Below, in pieces: positions 48,256 through 62,087 of a stretch of 64,000 bases of DNA (position 1 is the first letter of the stretch; every line of letters begins with the position of its first letter). The DNA is from Aplysia californica (Eukaryota): the NCBI RefSeq assembly GCF_000002075.1, contig NW_004797457.1:733612-797611 (forward strand), given 5' to 3'. A program made the translations under genes and the position numbers. The notes under the pieces were generated by a model. It was not told where the DNA came from and made no database searches. It saw only the letters and a list, made by a program, of their open reading frames with translations.

Positions 48256-50557
48256 AGTACTGAAAATATTCTTGTCAGTATAAAAACGAAATACCTTTTG
48301 AATTAAAAAATGTGGCTGCCTGAAGGCAAAGGGCCCCAGGAAGTAAGGAAAAAGTCGCTCGATAAAATCAGTTGCTCTGCAGGTTGAAGAACTAGCAGTC
48401 GACTACCCCTGAGCAGAACACAAAGTTGAAGAAACAGTATCTTTGTTGAACTTGTGTTGACCATAAACAACAATAATATAAACCTGAACATAATCCGGTG
48501 AGGGGGGTGATACATTTGAGTGAATGAGTCAAGTCATTGTTACAGGTCTGTGAATATATGGGCTTATAACCCTTTTCCTCAACATGTGTACATGAGCCAC
48601 CACAGGCATGCTTATTATGCTTGCGGAGCTCCCATACCGTATAACACTTTATAACACACAGCTTAAGGGACTGCTTTATCGCATATGGCTTTGTGTGAGC
48701 AAACTCCCGTGGACTATTCATATATACTGGAAAAAGTTTATATGACGTACACAGCTTAAAACCTACTGTGGTTAGATTGTTCACTTTCTGAAGCTCCAAG
48801 TCCGATTTTGTATTTTAACTCTTTATGGCTAATATACCTTGGAACTGAATGGAGTACATTATACCGAGGTTTTACAGTAGTCTGAAGCAGACTTTGATGT
48901 GCGTTGTGAAGTTGAATAATGCTTATCATAGACTCTTACTCTTGTCAATTGAGTACCGGTACTATGTATAAAGGCAAGGTTTTCGCTACATGTCTATGTC
49001 AGTAATTGCCGTTGTCATATGACTAAAACTAGTGAAATAACCAACACAACTTTATTTTGTCAGATACGTCACTCTGCCTTGGGATGGCAGATTTCATGAC
49101 TTGTTTTTATACAACAGCATTGTGCAATCTTTTTGGACGATCAAGGTAATGAGTGGCCCATATTTACTTCGCTTTTAATCTGAGTTCGCAAATTTGTATA
49201 GAAATGTTGAAAACCCCAAATGGCTGCGTTGTACTTACGCTGTACTTACGCGTCTTTGACCTCGCGTGTGTGTGTGGGTACATGGGTGGGCTGAAGTATG
49301 GTTTGTGGGAGTTGAAATGGGAATGTTTAAGATTTTTGTTAAAGGGAAGTGGTACATTGGTCTTGGAAGGCCAAATTGTAAAGAAGGTCGTACCATATTG
49401 GACTTCAAAGTGGGTGATCGGGGAGAAGTTTTGTTGGTTTTTATTTTTTTATGGGTGAGGGAAGGGGAGGTGTATTCCTATACAGCATTTGTACAATTCA
49501 AGCCTTGAGAGTGAGAGATGATGACGGATGGCATCACCATACTTCCCGTCAAAAGAAGGAATTTGGTGTTGTGAGTATGCTATGGATCACCATGGTAGGT
49601 ATTTTTTTTCAGGTGATGTATGTGTGCGCAGGGTACTCCCGTGTTTTCAACCCCGTTCCCACTATATGACCCAAATGCTTTTGTACAAGTGATCATTCTT
49701 GTTCTTTGTGCAGAGGTTTTTGGTGGCATACTTTGCGTCAATGACTGTTTTTGATAGCATTCTTAAAGACTCTTAGGCCTTAGACTTTCAAACTATTGGG
49801 GTGCGGTGGAAGAACAGTTCTTTTTTGTAGTACGGTATACTAGAATGGGTTTTGATTTTGTTTGTTGTTTTTTAAACTAGTGGTGTCGACTTACCTATTG
49901 TTCTGATTNNNNNNNNNNNNNNNNNNNNNNNNNNNNNNNNNNNNNNNNNNNNNNNNNNNNNNNNNNNNNNNNNNNNNNNNNNNNNNNNNNNNNNNNNNNN
50001 NNNNNNNNAATAATAATAATAAAGACACCGACAATGAATTATGACTTTAGGTTGTACCAAAGAAGAGAACAAAACCCTCAGAAACCCCCACCATGAATCT
50101 AGATACAAGAACAGTGAGACAGAAGACAACACATTACAACGATTAAAAACTTGTGGAATTCAAAGACGTGACACAATTTTCTCTTTCTTCTACTTGTTTT
50201 TGTCGTTATTTATTAAGGTCTTTCTACGTCATTTCTGGCCGGAATAATTTTTTCAGTTGATAAAGGCGGGCTCGGGGGGTGGGGGGTGGGGGGCATTAAA
50301 AATCCTGAACTTGTCGGGCCCCACAGAAACACACAAGTGGGGACTCAAAGCTTGCGGATTTTACAAAAAAAATCGTTTCACTCTTTAAACGAAAGTAGCT
50401 GCATCACGTATTTATGTCTTGGTTTTTTTCTCTCTCAGTATTTGGAATTTGAAAATCCACAAAACATTTCTTGACCACGTGCAACCGATACCAATCATAG
50501 ATTGAGAAAGAGAAATTTTAAAAAATGAACGAGAAAAAACTTGGGCTTAATGCACGA

Positions 50558-50680
50558 ACCAGCTGACTGACGATATAAGTCTATGTTACAACTGACCAGA
50601 TGTCTACATAGGTTCTGACCAGCTGACTGACGATATAAGTCTATGTTACAACTGCCTACATATCTACGTAGATTCTGAGC
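50558..50680 (+). repeat. Tandem duplication of a ~60-bp unit
   Basis: ACCAGCTGACTGACGATATAAGTCTATGTTACAACTG occurs twice. Confidence 0.85.
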
Positions 50681-50738
50681 TAGCCTGTCTCTGTACAACT
50701 GTGCCAGACCTATCCTACAGTATAACATGTAGAAACAA

Positions 50739-51092
50739 TCACAGAATGGAATGGCAAACATATCAATTAATTAAACAGTCATTGTTTCTATCTCTTGTTC
50801 TGACTCAGGTAAAAAAATAATTTTAAAACACCAACCTTCAGTAACGTTTGAAGATGGTATAACTAACATTATGAATGGTTTTCTTTTTTTTTCAACTTCA
50901 TGTATAACTTGTTGAAACAGTCACAGAACGTAATGGCAAACATATCAATTAATTAAACAGTCATTGTTTCTATCTCTTGTTCTGACTCAGGTAACAAAAA
51001 TAAATAATTAAAAAACACAAAACTTTCAGTAACGTTTGGTAATGGTATAACTAACATTATGAATGGTGTTTTGTTTTCCCCCCAACTTCATG
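50739..51092 (+). repeat. Tandem duplication of a ~180-bp unit
   Basis: AATGGCAAACATATCAATTAATTAAACAGTCATTGTTTCTATCTCTTGTTCTGACTCAGGTAA...ATAACTAACATTATGAATGGT occurs twice. Confidence 0.85.
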
Positions 51093-51477
51093 GCTACATT
51101 TGGCAGCTACAAAAACACGAGCCATGGGATTCTTCAAGAATTCCTCAATACATTGTGGGTTTTTTCTCCAGTGTTCACAGAACGTGAGGGCTGTTGTTAT
51201 ATCACAAGGAGGATGACTGACACAGAAATGACTACATGTACTTCCCTCTTAGTTTCTGTGGGGAGGATTGGGGGGGGGATAGGAATTGTTTGATGTCTTT
51301 AATTTTGTGGGTGGGTTTTGCATCTAATTTGGTTTCAAGCTGGATCTGGTTTCAAGGCATGGTGGCTGGTTTTTAGATCACAGGTTTTGTCACTGTCAGT
51401 TATCCCTTCCCATTTCATACCTCTGCTCTACGCTGATAACAGGCCGATCAGATGACGTTAAAATCTAGACTAGAGGC

Positions 51478-51632
51478 ATAATAATAATAAGTAGCATATG
51501 TGTAGCCATTACCCCCGCTCAACGCTCTATGCGCTTTACACTATATTATTACCCCAGCAGACCATATAACACAGAAACATTCTCAGCTTCCTGGGAAGCA
51601 TACAGTGCAAGCAGCTGATTAAACGCTCAAAC
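51478..51632 (-). mobile_element. 3' fragment of an L2-tailed SINE/LINE, antisense
   Basis: Minus strand reads ...TGTAAAGCGCATAGAGCG...CTTATTATTATTAT, resembling L2-type tails. Confidence 0.4.
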
Positions 51633-52530
51633 ACAAGATCTGACAAGATCTTTCGCATACATACATCAATTCTGATTATTAAAGCAATTATTTCTAAAAG
51701 CCACAGATGAAGAGAACTGGATCTTGTGAAAACAAAAACATATTCTTACTTTTTTGTTTAAAAATACTTTTTTTTGCTGGCAGCAATCAGTCCATCAATC
51801 AAATTGGGTTGAGAAGTTGAACATCACAAAATTGATCTCTTACAGTGAGACTGTTGGTACTTTATTTTTGTTCAGTTGAAGACACATGGAAAGGGGCAGC
51901 CTGGAGTTGTTAAATAAAATGCTTTATCACTAATGATATTATTGGTTAAGAGTTAAGGGTCATTATTGAAGGGAGTTTTGTCGTTGTCTGAATAATGTGT
52001 TTTCTTGTACTTGGCTGTCAGTCTTATCCAGTGTATTGGACAATGAAAGTGGGTGGGTTGAATACTGTGGATCCTGCCTGCTACCCTTCGTGGGTGCCTG
52101 GGTTATTTGTTTTCTAGACATCTGTTGTTTCTCTGATTTTGACAGTTTTGATCTTCTAAGCTGTGCATATTGTATTGTTGTCTTATGTTTTTATTTGAAT
52201 TTTATTTATAATCAAAAGATATTGCTTTCTTCATCCCTTACAGTCACAGCATTCATGTCGGCATATTGCCAGAGTGGATTACTTTAAGATGGTGGGAGGA
52301 ACACATTACATGTATGTGTAACTGTTTCGCGGCTCACACATCACCCAGTGAAATCTTTTCAACCACATCCACCAAGTTTGAGTGAAAAATGTCCCCAAGG
52401 ACATGATAGTCCCAATTGCCCATAAGATTCTAGCCCCCCGTGATGCACAAAGATAACAGCTTGTGTATAGGGTGTAAAAAAGGATGTTGGTAGAAAAACT
52501 TATGAAATTAAGGGGTGGTGGTGGTGGTGG

Positions 52531-52579
<49 letters not shown>

Positions 52580-55500
52580 TAAAAGGGATGTTGGTAGCAA
52601 GAAAAACTTGTGAAATTAGGGAGGGGGTGGTGGTGGTATATAAAGCATATTGCTTCTTCCGTGTGGACATTTTTTTGTTGCTCTTACAGTCTTTGCATAC
52701 CAACTCTTTTCCCCCCCCTGCCCTTTGTCTTTTTATTTCTTTACATGTTGTCATTGTCTTAAATTTAATATTAATTCTGTGGCATCTTTGTTGACTGGAG
52801 ACATGTTCCTATTACTCTGCTCCCTCTTCCTTATTTCTACCCCTCACGTATCGACATATGTATTCTCGGTGCTGCTGGCTAATGTTTAAAAAAAAATATC
52901 ATCAGACACTTTTGTTTTAATTTTTATCCACCAGATTTTATGAATTATGGTTGAGACTGTTTTTGGGTTTTTTCGCAAGTGGATCTTGGTCCTGTGGACA
53001 ATTTGAACCTAAAGGGCTGTGTAGTGCAAACCATACCTTTCCTTCTCTCAGGTATTGGTACCTCTTCATTGACGGCGAATGATAAATTTGTCAAGAAAGA
53101 AAATTCTTGTCAAATGGATTATTTTTTTTTAAATTGGAAGACTGCTAGACCATTCTTTTATAGTCATCAGTATACCTTGGTCTGTCCATGTTCACCCTTG
53201 TTCTTCACTTATGTTCACCTTTGTTCTGGAGTGGAGGCGTTTCAGTTTCTTGTTTTCTAATCAGTGTCAAGTTTTAAAAAGTATTTAGTTCATCTTTCCA
53301 AAGCAAATTTTTTTCTAGACTTCTAGATCTAGATGTCTTTGGTATAGCTGGTATTCCTTCCCTTTCTTTTCCACTACATGAAATTAGTACATTTATATAT
53401 ATGGAAAAGCCAGTGATACCACTGGTTGTCTGCTTTTCATATTGGGTGGTGTGTTAAATGTGGGTCTCACTTTTACTTTTAAGGAGAGTTGACGGAGTTA
53501 AGTTCAGCCAAGGTGTGCATGAGGAATTTTCTTCATGCGCAAGGCAGCAGTTTGACTCTGAATTCTAATTATACAGATTCCCAGAACATCAGAGTTACTG
53601 GTTAAAGGGGGCTACTAGTAGGTCTTGCCTCTTTTATCTTTGCAGTTACTATCGTGGTTTTTTCCTTGACTAAATGGCTGTTCTGTCATTCTGCGTCTCT
53701 TTACTTGGATCAGTGGAATATCAAGGATCTTCTTGTCCATAATGAGTTTTCAAAAATTTACCTGCTGAGGTTTTTGTTTTTCAGAAACTTGGTTGGCGGG
53801 TGCTCTGATGTGGTTTTCTTCTTCTTTTTTTTTTTACTATCAAACACCCATGGTCTTTATCTCCCCTCCTTTTCTTTGTATGTTACTCCTTGTAACACCT
53901 CTATCTTTGGCATTTGAGTTGCAAGTGCCCGTAAAAGTCTTGCTCTAACTAAAACTGAAACTAGCTCTTTCGAGGAAGCACTGGAACCTTCCAGTTTTCT
54001 TCGCCCCCACATCCCCTTCCATTTCTTCCCTCATGTAAAGACAAGTGCTTTAAAAAATATATATCTACGAAAAGTAGGTTGAGCAAGTGTCTGTTGTGGA
54101 ACTGTCAGATCTACTTGCTTTCTTTCTACTCTTATATAAGTAATACTGGATGATCATGCTCTTTCTCTGAGCCTATTTTTGCCAATTGATGTCTCTGTGC
54201 TGGTATTCAGCTCCACAAACACTTTGCTTTCTCCAAGAGTTTTGCATAACTCTGCAAAGTATAGTCAGAATGAAGAGTGGTAAGTAGGTCCTTCAGTACC
54301 TGTTTGTGTTGTAATTTAGTTATACTTTTATATCTGGTAGCTTTAATAAATGGGAAGAGGGGGCAAAACTGTCTTGCATTTTTACCTCTTCAAATGTGGG
54401 TGTATGTGTGGGTGGAAGAGAAAGACACACAGACAGAATTGCAATTATGTCTGTCTTGATGTTAATGTATACAGAGGGTTGCAAAAGAAGGTATACAGTT
54501 GTGAAAAAAGAAAACGCGTACAATAATAACTGTCACTGCATTTATTATACAATAAATGAGGATTGGCATATGTATTTAATAACAAACACAGCCTTCATTC
54601 CTCAGATACTCCCGAATGCTTTTGCCGTTGGTATTCACACGTTCCTTAAATATTCTTAATGAATTAATTGTCAGAACAATTATTTTGTACTTACTGTATA
54701 CCTACTTTTGTGCCTGGCTGTATTTGTTGAAAGGAGATTACAAAGCTATCAAGTCATCTCCTATTGTGAGCCTTTCCTTTACTGATAACAATCCGGTCAC
54801 AAAGCAGGCTGACAGTTTCTGTTTTGTTATATAGTATCTTCCTTTCTGTTCACTAAAATTGGTTGTGAGGATAAGTTCCTTAGAAATAGTTCCTTCATGG
54901 GATCATGATATTGAATTTCCTAGAGCCGAAAGTATGAAAGCCGAAAAATTGTGTGACACCGTTTGATTGGGGGGGGGGGGGGGGGGGCGGTTTTGTGGGG
55001 TGTTTGCTTTTTTTTTTGGCACAGTTTTGTAACATGAATGAATAGATGACCTCGTGGTTTTTGGGGCGTGATGGACCGAGGGCTTGTCAGTGTTCTGCAT
55101 GACAAAGACTTGCTCAACGAAGAGAAGTCCATAAATTAGATAAGAACAATCATCACATAATTATCTTATCCTTCCATCAGTGACTTTTCAGGTTTTGTGA
55201 GGAGCATATTACTCTGCGTTTTACAGAAGAGATTTCTGCGTTCCAGATTCAGCCATTCACCATGCGATGATTTTTTTTTTCCTAAGCCATTTTATCGTTT
55301 TCATCTGAAGGTAAGCCATTATCATTATTGCATTCTGGTGGGGAGAACTTCGTGTGTCGTCGTGTGAAGGTAATACGTACAACGTATCATCACTGATGGA
55401 CAGTACAAACATATCTAGCAGTGAGGAATGGACTCTTTCAAATGTTGGATTTAAAGTGATCGATCCATGGATGGAGGTCTTCGTTCTTGTATTGTGTCAA

Positions 55501-57660
55501 TTCTCTGAAACTTTTCTTGTGGTTGTTGCTTGTTTAAGTCTGCTTTCTTCTTCTTAACGTGTGTGAAACTTCACATATTTGCCCTGCCGGATACCTTTCA
55601 CAGCATTATGTGTGGTTACAATAGGAATTGCATCAGCATTATTTGATATACTCACGCGTGCATATTCTGTCATGGAGATGATCCGCTGCTACCTGTATGG
55701 GTGCTTTTGAGACAGTGGTAGAGGAGAAAGGGATGACCAATGAGGGAGTAATTACTAACTGAAGAAACTTGTATTCTATAATGAAAATTATGAACAGGAT
55801 AATTAAATACATGGATAATTAAAATAAAACAAACAGAGGCAGCTCAGGGTACCTCACACCACCTTTCCTCCCTTGGGCTTGATGAGTAAGTGGGAGGTTG
55901 ATTGTGGTATTTTTGTTGTAATGACAGTCTATTAAGATGCCAATGCAGTTTGTGGAAGTTAGTGCCTGTAGGATACTATGTTTGTTGTTACTGTACAATA
56001 TAGCTGTTTACAAGGACAGTAGTCTGTGTATTTTAAAGGTAAAGTACATGCTACACACTTAAAAGCATTCATGCGGAAATGGCCACTGTAGGTAACAACC
56101 TTAAGAGAGTTGTGCATTTTCAGAAGTGCTCACTGCTTGATGGTGAATGTATGTGTGTGTGTGCGCAAGCGCGCAGGTGCACATGTGTGTGTGTTTGGCA
56201 TTTATGTGTATATATATATGTGTCTCGGTGAACTCTTGGACAGAGTATTTGGCAAAAGAACCAGTGACCACTGTTTCGTTTTTGTGATATGAAATCAGTC
56301 AGGCAAATGTGTCTCGTTTCTCAGCCTCTGTGTGTGGTATATGACAAGAGAATCTTTGAAGAATTTTCCTCAGACATCTCTTGATCATCGCCGAAACCCT
56401 TTGCAATCCCTTATGGAGTGATACCACGGATTTTTAATTTATTGCACTCAAAGGATATTTGGTTTGATGCACGCCTTTCACTGAGATTTACTTTCTGTGT
56501 CTGAGAAGAAATACAATTTTAAACCAAAATATCAAAGGCTGAAAATACTCTGTTCTGTTGAATTGTCTTTGTCTGCTTGCCTTTCTTGCTCTATCTACCT
56601 GCCTGCCTGCCTTTCGCACCTTTGTCAGTCTCCCAGTCTGTCTCTGGCTCTCTTGTACCTCTCTCTGTATCTCTTTTGCTGGCTCTCTCTCTCTCTCATC
56701 TCTCCTGTGCTCGTGTTTTTTTAATTGAAAGAAAAGAAAATCCTATTGGGGATTAGGCTGTCTCTCTGTCTCTCTCTCTTTCTTTCCCACACACTCACAC
56801 ACACACACCACATCTTTTTCTTTTTGTCTATCTGCTTGGTCTCTTTCTTTTTCTGTTTGTCTCTCTTTTCNNNNNNNNNNNNNNNNNNNNNNNNNNNNNN
56901 NNNNNNNNNNNNNNNNNNNNNNNNNNNNNNNNNNNNNNNNNNNNNNNNNNNNNNNNNNNNNNNNNNNNNNNNNNNNNNNNNNNNNNNNNNNNNNNNNNNN
57001 NNNNNNNNNNNNNNNNNNNNNNNNNNNNNNNNNNNNNNNNNNNNATCCTGTAGGGGAATTCACATATTACTGCGGCACTTGGAAATTGTTTGGCTCAACA
57101 AGGCTTTCAGTTTGAGCATATGGTTAGGTATTTGTTTCACTGGATTATTTTGATTATCCTGCGTGTTCTTGAAAAAAAACAACCTGTGAGAATTTTCACA
57201 CTTCTTGTGTGTTGGACAGGTGCATTGATATTTACCGCGAATGTCCCTGTGAAACTTGACAGATGCAGATTATCCTGATTGCGGCTAAGATTGTGTAGTT
57301 CATGTTTTGACTGTTCTTACAATATTTGATGTAGGTGAACATATAAATATTTGCTTTTGATGAGTGCTGCTGCATTATTTGTTTGTGGAGATTCATTTGA
57401 CGACTAAGAAGTTGATACCTTTTTGTTTAGCTTATAGATCTTTAAAAAAAAGGCCTTTTCTTGTATTACCTTGTAATACATGTATATTTTAAAGTTTCCA
57501 GTAAAAGAACAGTGATGCGTTTGGGTATTCTATGTTCACTGTGTTGATGATCACGTGAAGATTAGAACTTGTTATACTCCACACTATTATGTATTTTCTA
57601 TTCTTTGTGTTGCTTTTATTTGTATAATTGTTGACCGCTTATTAATATTCTTCCACACAG

Positions 57661-59515
57661 GAAGAAGATGATGCAAATGAAGGCAAAGAATTGTCCTCCT
57701 GTGATAATTCTCCAAGCCCCAGGATGTCTTTTGCTGTCTCGAAGGAAACACTTGGAGAATCAACAGCTTCTATTGCCTCCTCGAATTCACGAAGTCCTGC
57801 TGGAGACAGATGTGGATTGGACACAGATACTACTACTGACCCTGGTTCTGGAAGCCCTGGAAGGGAAAAAGCAGAAGATCAACAGGATGGTCAGGGTCTT
57901 TGGGCCACTGACTCTGACTATAGAACAGGCTTGACCCAGAGCCCCACGCGGGAACACTCGACCGTCATCTCCCCAAGTGTTGGTCAGGGGAGCAGAGATT
58001 CGCCAGGAAGATGTGGGCCTGTGCTGGATCTTGGTGACCAGGACCAAGACTACCGCTCTCCATTGTATAAAGCCACGTCTTATAGGAAAGCTTCTATGTC
58101 TAGTGCCTCTAGGTCACGTTCAGAAGAGAGAACCTATGTTGGTGAAATACTGAGTAGTGAGCTCAGCGATTCTGTGTTTATCCGAGCTAGTTCTGTTGAA
58201 CTTGGTGCAGCACGCACAAGTAATGCTGCTGATTTTGAAGAAAAACCAGAGAAAAGTACTCGTAAAAAAGCTAACAGTCTTTCACATGAAGAAGAGCATT
58301 TACCAAAATGCTCAGCTGAGGAACTTAATGAAGTATTTGAACAGGGTAGTGGTGAACAATATAAATCATCAGGAGATCAACAAGACTCAATAGTTGCCAG
58401 TGTTAGTGAATCTTATGAAACTTCAGCTCAAGATAGTAAAAGTACTCAAAGCCCGAGTACATTACACCCTAAAGGGACTATTCAAAGATATTTCTCCTCT
58501 GAAAATTTAAATTGTGCAGCTCATGTGGACTCTTATGAGTCAGTTAATGACTATGAGAACCCCTCTTTGGCAGACTCTGAACATTCAAGTTCTACTTTGA
58601 CGTTGAATAATGTGTCATTTGAATCAGTGCAGAACTTGGGAAAAAGTTGTAGTAATACAGATGGAAAGGAAAACGATGAACATGCTATGTGTGTAGACAG
58701 TGCTGATTCACTTCAGGTTTCTGACTCTTCTGTTTGTCAGACGGATTGTGAAGGAGCTAGTTATAACCAAGGAATAGACAATTATAAGTCTTCATCTACA
58801 GTCTTAGTAGAAAAAGATAATACTGTTGATAGCCTCAGTGAGCATTATAAACAGTTTCCTGTAGAAATTGACTATGACAATACTGTCGGTGATCTCAGTG
58901 AAGATTCTTCCTCTCAGTATGGATATAAACAAGCAGTTGAGAATGAGCAGCATAGCAATATCAGGGAAAAACGTCTGTCTTCATATAAGCAACATTCAAA
59001 TGATGATTTAGAAGAAATGGAAGAAGAAGATTCCACTCCTGTAGCTCTGGCAGATGTCTACCAGAGCTACGAGGAAGAAATTGTCGCGCCTCATTTACAA
59101 AATATAAATATTGCAGCTGCATTGTCTTCACAGAACATTGCTCAATCTCAGGAAAACAGTGCTTGCTGGGCTGAGGATGATAATGGAACACCTCACTCAT
59201 CAGCAGATCAAACGTCCTGCTCAGCAACCTACACCTCAACACAAAACACAGTTACAGAAGCGTTGTCCACATCAGCTCACGGTGAAAGCATTACAAACTC
59301 ATCTTCTGCAACTGCCCCTCTTTCTCTTGCTGCAATTGACCCCCACACAGCTGAAGAGGACCAGAACGATGGTGCTCTGAGGACAGGAGACCAGTCCTTC
59401 AAATCTGCTGCGGCCAGACAATCTGCTCTTGTGCCATTCTTACAGTCCTCAAGATCTGCTGGCTTCTCTGCCAGCGTGAACCCGTCCTCGTACGCTGGTG
59501 CTTCTGTTATTCGAG
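57661..59515 (+). CDS. Large internal exon (1855 nt, ~618 aa) of acidic Ser-rich disordered protein; unknown product, possibly an alternative 3' part of the DBHS gene
   Basis: ttccacacag|GAAGAAGAT (phase 0); 1.85-kb open frame in AT-rich DNA; donor G|GTAAGT (phase 1). Confidence 0.85.
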
Positions 59516-60766
59516 GTAAGTAACTGGCTGGTGGGTATCCTGAGAAAACTTTTGTAAACGACAACTGGGCTTGTTATTTGAAAACTGAGAGGGGTAAGGT
59601 TTTAAATTCTTTGCAAGATTCGGCTTTTGTTTTAATGTCCTGGATATTGGGATTTTTTTCCATCAGCAACTTTTGACTGATGCTTGTTGAGCAAAAATAT
59701 TAAGAGAGTGCACACGCTTTGAAATGTTATTGTTTTCTGGTATGGCTAATTGTTATAGAACTTAAACAAAAACTTTAAAAAGGGTGTCAAACATCCGAAA
59801 CATGAGAAAAAAACTTCCAAATCTCTCTGCAGCACTATAAAGCGCATGAGTCCAGGAAATCTTTTGAACACTTTCTGGTTACCCTGAACTTGTAGGGCAT
59901 ATATCTTGTAATATGAACTCTTTTAGAAAGGAGGAGGGGAAAATGACATACAGTCTAAAGGAGACATGGTCTTATCATTTTTTTATCTTGTGAAAAGTGT
60001 TAAAAAGGGTTACCCATTAGAAAGAGGGTGTTTGTATTGTACTGTCTTTACTAAAAAGCGATTAACCATTCTATTTGTGTTGGCCTGCATAATTCCTAAT
60101 TTCACTTACAAAAGTTTCCTTCTGAGATCCCCTCTTTGTCAAGGTTTAATTAGAAAACTTTTACGCGAGAGTATGCAGTTACTTGTCGTGCCTTTTTGAA
60201 TTGATCGCAAAAGAATAGCACACTCATGAGATCACCTTGCAGATGGTATTCATGCTTTTAAAAAAATCCTATTCTTGATTGTTTTTCACTCCCATTTCTT
60301 CCAATTTTACGACATTCTGATGGTTAGGGACCTCTTCTTGTAGTACTTCTTTCCTGCTGGGCTGTTATCTTGCTTTTTCTTTATTTATTGGCTGTTGTTG
60401 GTTAGCGGGTGCTCTGGTGTGGTTTGCCTTTTTTTTCCTATCAAACATCCATTGTCCTTATCTCTCCTCCTTTTTTGTGTTTGTTACTCTCTTGTAACAC
60501 CTTTAATCTTCATCACTTATATGACCTTATTGTGTTGCCAGTGCTGTAAAACACTAAAACTAAAAATTTATTGGCTGTTGTCATGTCAGTGTGCTTCTCT
60601 TTACTCCAGGACAACTGGTGCCTATTGTGTTTTTGGCTTATCGTACCCAGACAGTACTTGTTTGGAATTGATTTTCCCATAAAGTTACCTTTTCTTATAA
60701 AACACTTTCTTCTGTTCTTGATCTGACAACAAAAATACTAGAGCTAATTGTTGTCTGGTATTCCAG

Positions 60767-61160
60767 GTATGTCTCAGCCGGCCATGATGTCCAGCTCCTC
60801 GATGCACTTTGCCCAGCACCCTGGAGGTGGAGCGACCATCCTGCGACAACAGAGCCTCAGTGCAGCAGCAGGGCTGAATGGAGCTGGTGTAGCCGCTCAG
60901 GCCACAGTGGTGCAGCAACACGCTTTGGCCAACGGTCTCCAGGCCACTTCGCTCCTCCAGCAGCGGACGTTGACCAATGGCAGCCAGACCATGGTAGTTC
61001 AGCAGCGCACTTTGACAACCGGACTCGGTGGTATGTCGCAGCAGACGGTAGTCCAACAACGCGTTGCTCCGCTGGCACCATCTGCAGCTCTGCACGCGTC
61101 AGCCCTTCGTCAGCACGCCCTTGCCTCGCAGGCTGGTTTAATGCACCAGAGGGGAGTCAG
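60767..61160 (+). CDS. Next exon: Gln/Ala-rich repetitive low-complexity region
   Basis: attccag|GTATG, phase 1 matches the previous donor; ends GTCAG|GTATGT, phase 2. Confidence 0.85.
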
Positions 61161-61850
61161 GTATGTTGTCATGTTAGCAAAGAAAAGTGCACAGCATAAA
61201 AGAGGAAGAGTATTGTCTCTCAGTTCTCTCTGTCAAATGTAAGGAGACTGATGATGTACTTTTTGGGGGGACCTCCATTCGCTGTCAGAAAAGCTACTAA
61301 AATTTATGAGTTCACTCAGCTATTTTATTGGGGGTCATAATTTTTTTTTTTTTAAAAGGGAAATAATGTTGATTCTGTGTGGATGCACCATGATCTTTAT
61401 TCTTTTTCCTGGATATATAGTTTTAGTGGTGATTGGCTGAAGCACAGTATAAGCATCCTACTCCTTTGTATTTCTGTTGCAACCCCTTTATCATTGGCTC
61501 ACAAGATAGGCAAGTGTACTGCATGAAAATATTGTCCGTTGGATAGTCTTTTCAAGGTGTAGAGCTTTCAGAAAATATATTGTTATAAGACATTTGTGAT
61601 TGATTTCGTAGTAGTTTCGGGTATTTTATGACTCATGGATATCTTGTTGGTTTTTTAAATCATAAATGAAAGTAAAAACAGACATAATTCTTGAGATTTT
61701 GAACTTGAGAGATTGTTGGAGAACAGTGAAAGAAAATACGACTTTCCATGACACAGATTCTTGAGGGAGGAAGGAGAGCTGAAGTTCTTTTTTGACTGTT
61801 TCTTAGAAAGAAACATGAATATGAAACATTTTGTCCTCTCTTTCTCACAG

Positions 61851-62087
61851 ACTGGCCCAGGCAAGAGTACTGGGTGCTCCAATGCTACAAGCTCAGCGCC
61901 TGGGGCGGCCTGCCTTCATAGCACGAGGTGGTGCTGCTGCTGGTGGCAGTACCACTTTGTTGGGCCCGGGTCTTGTGCGTGGTGGAAGTCAGGCCTCCAT
62001 GATGCAGCAGCTAGTCCGACAGAGATATCTGGGAGGTCCTGTCATGCCGGGAAGGGGTGTCCAGATAGTAGCAGGAAGACCTGTCAG
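61851..62087 (+). CDS. Next exon: Arg/Gly/Ala-rich (LAQARVLGAPMLQAQRLGRPAFIARGG...GRPV)
   Basis: tttctcacag|ACTG, phase 2 matches; ends GTCAG|GTAAAG, phase 2. Confidence 0.8.

Noticed and set aside
57691-59523. Stand-alone single-exon 610-aa gene as given in the ORF track
   Set aside because: The start is a TTG, the frame extends upstream to a splice acceptor at 57660, and it ends at a GTAAGT donor that is phase-matched to the next exon.
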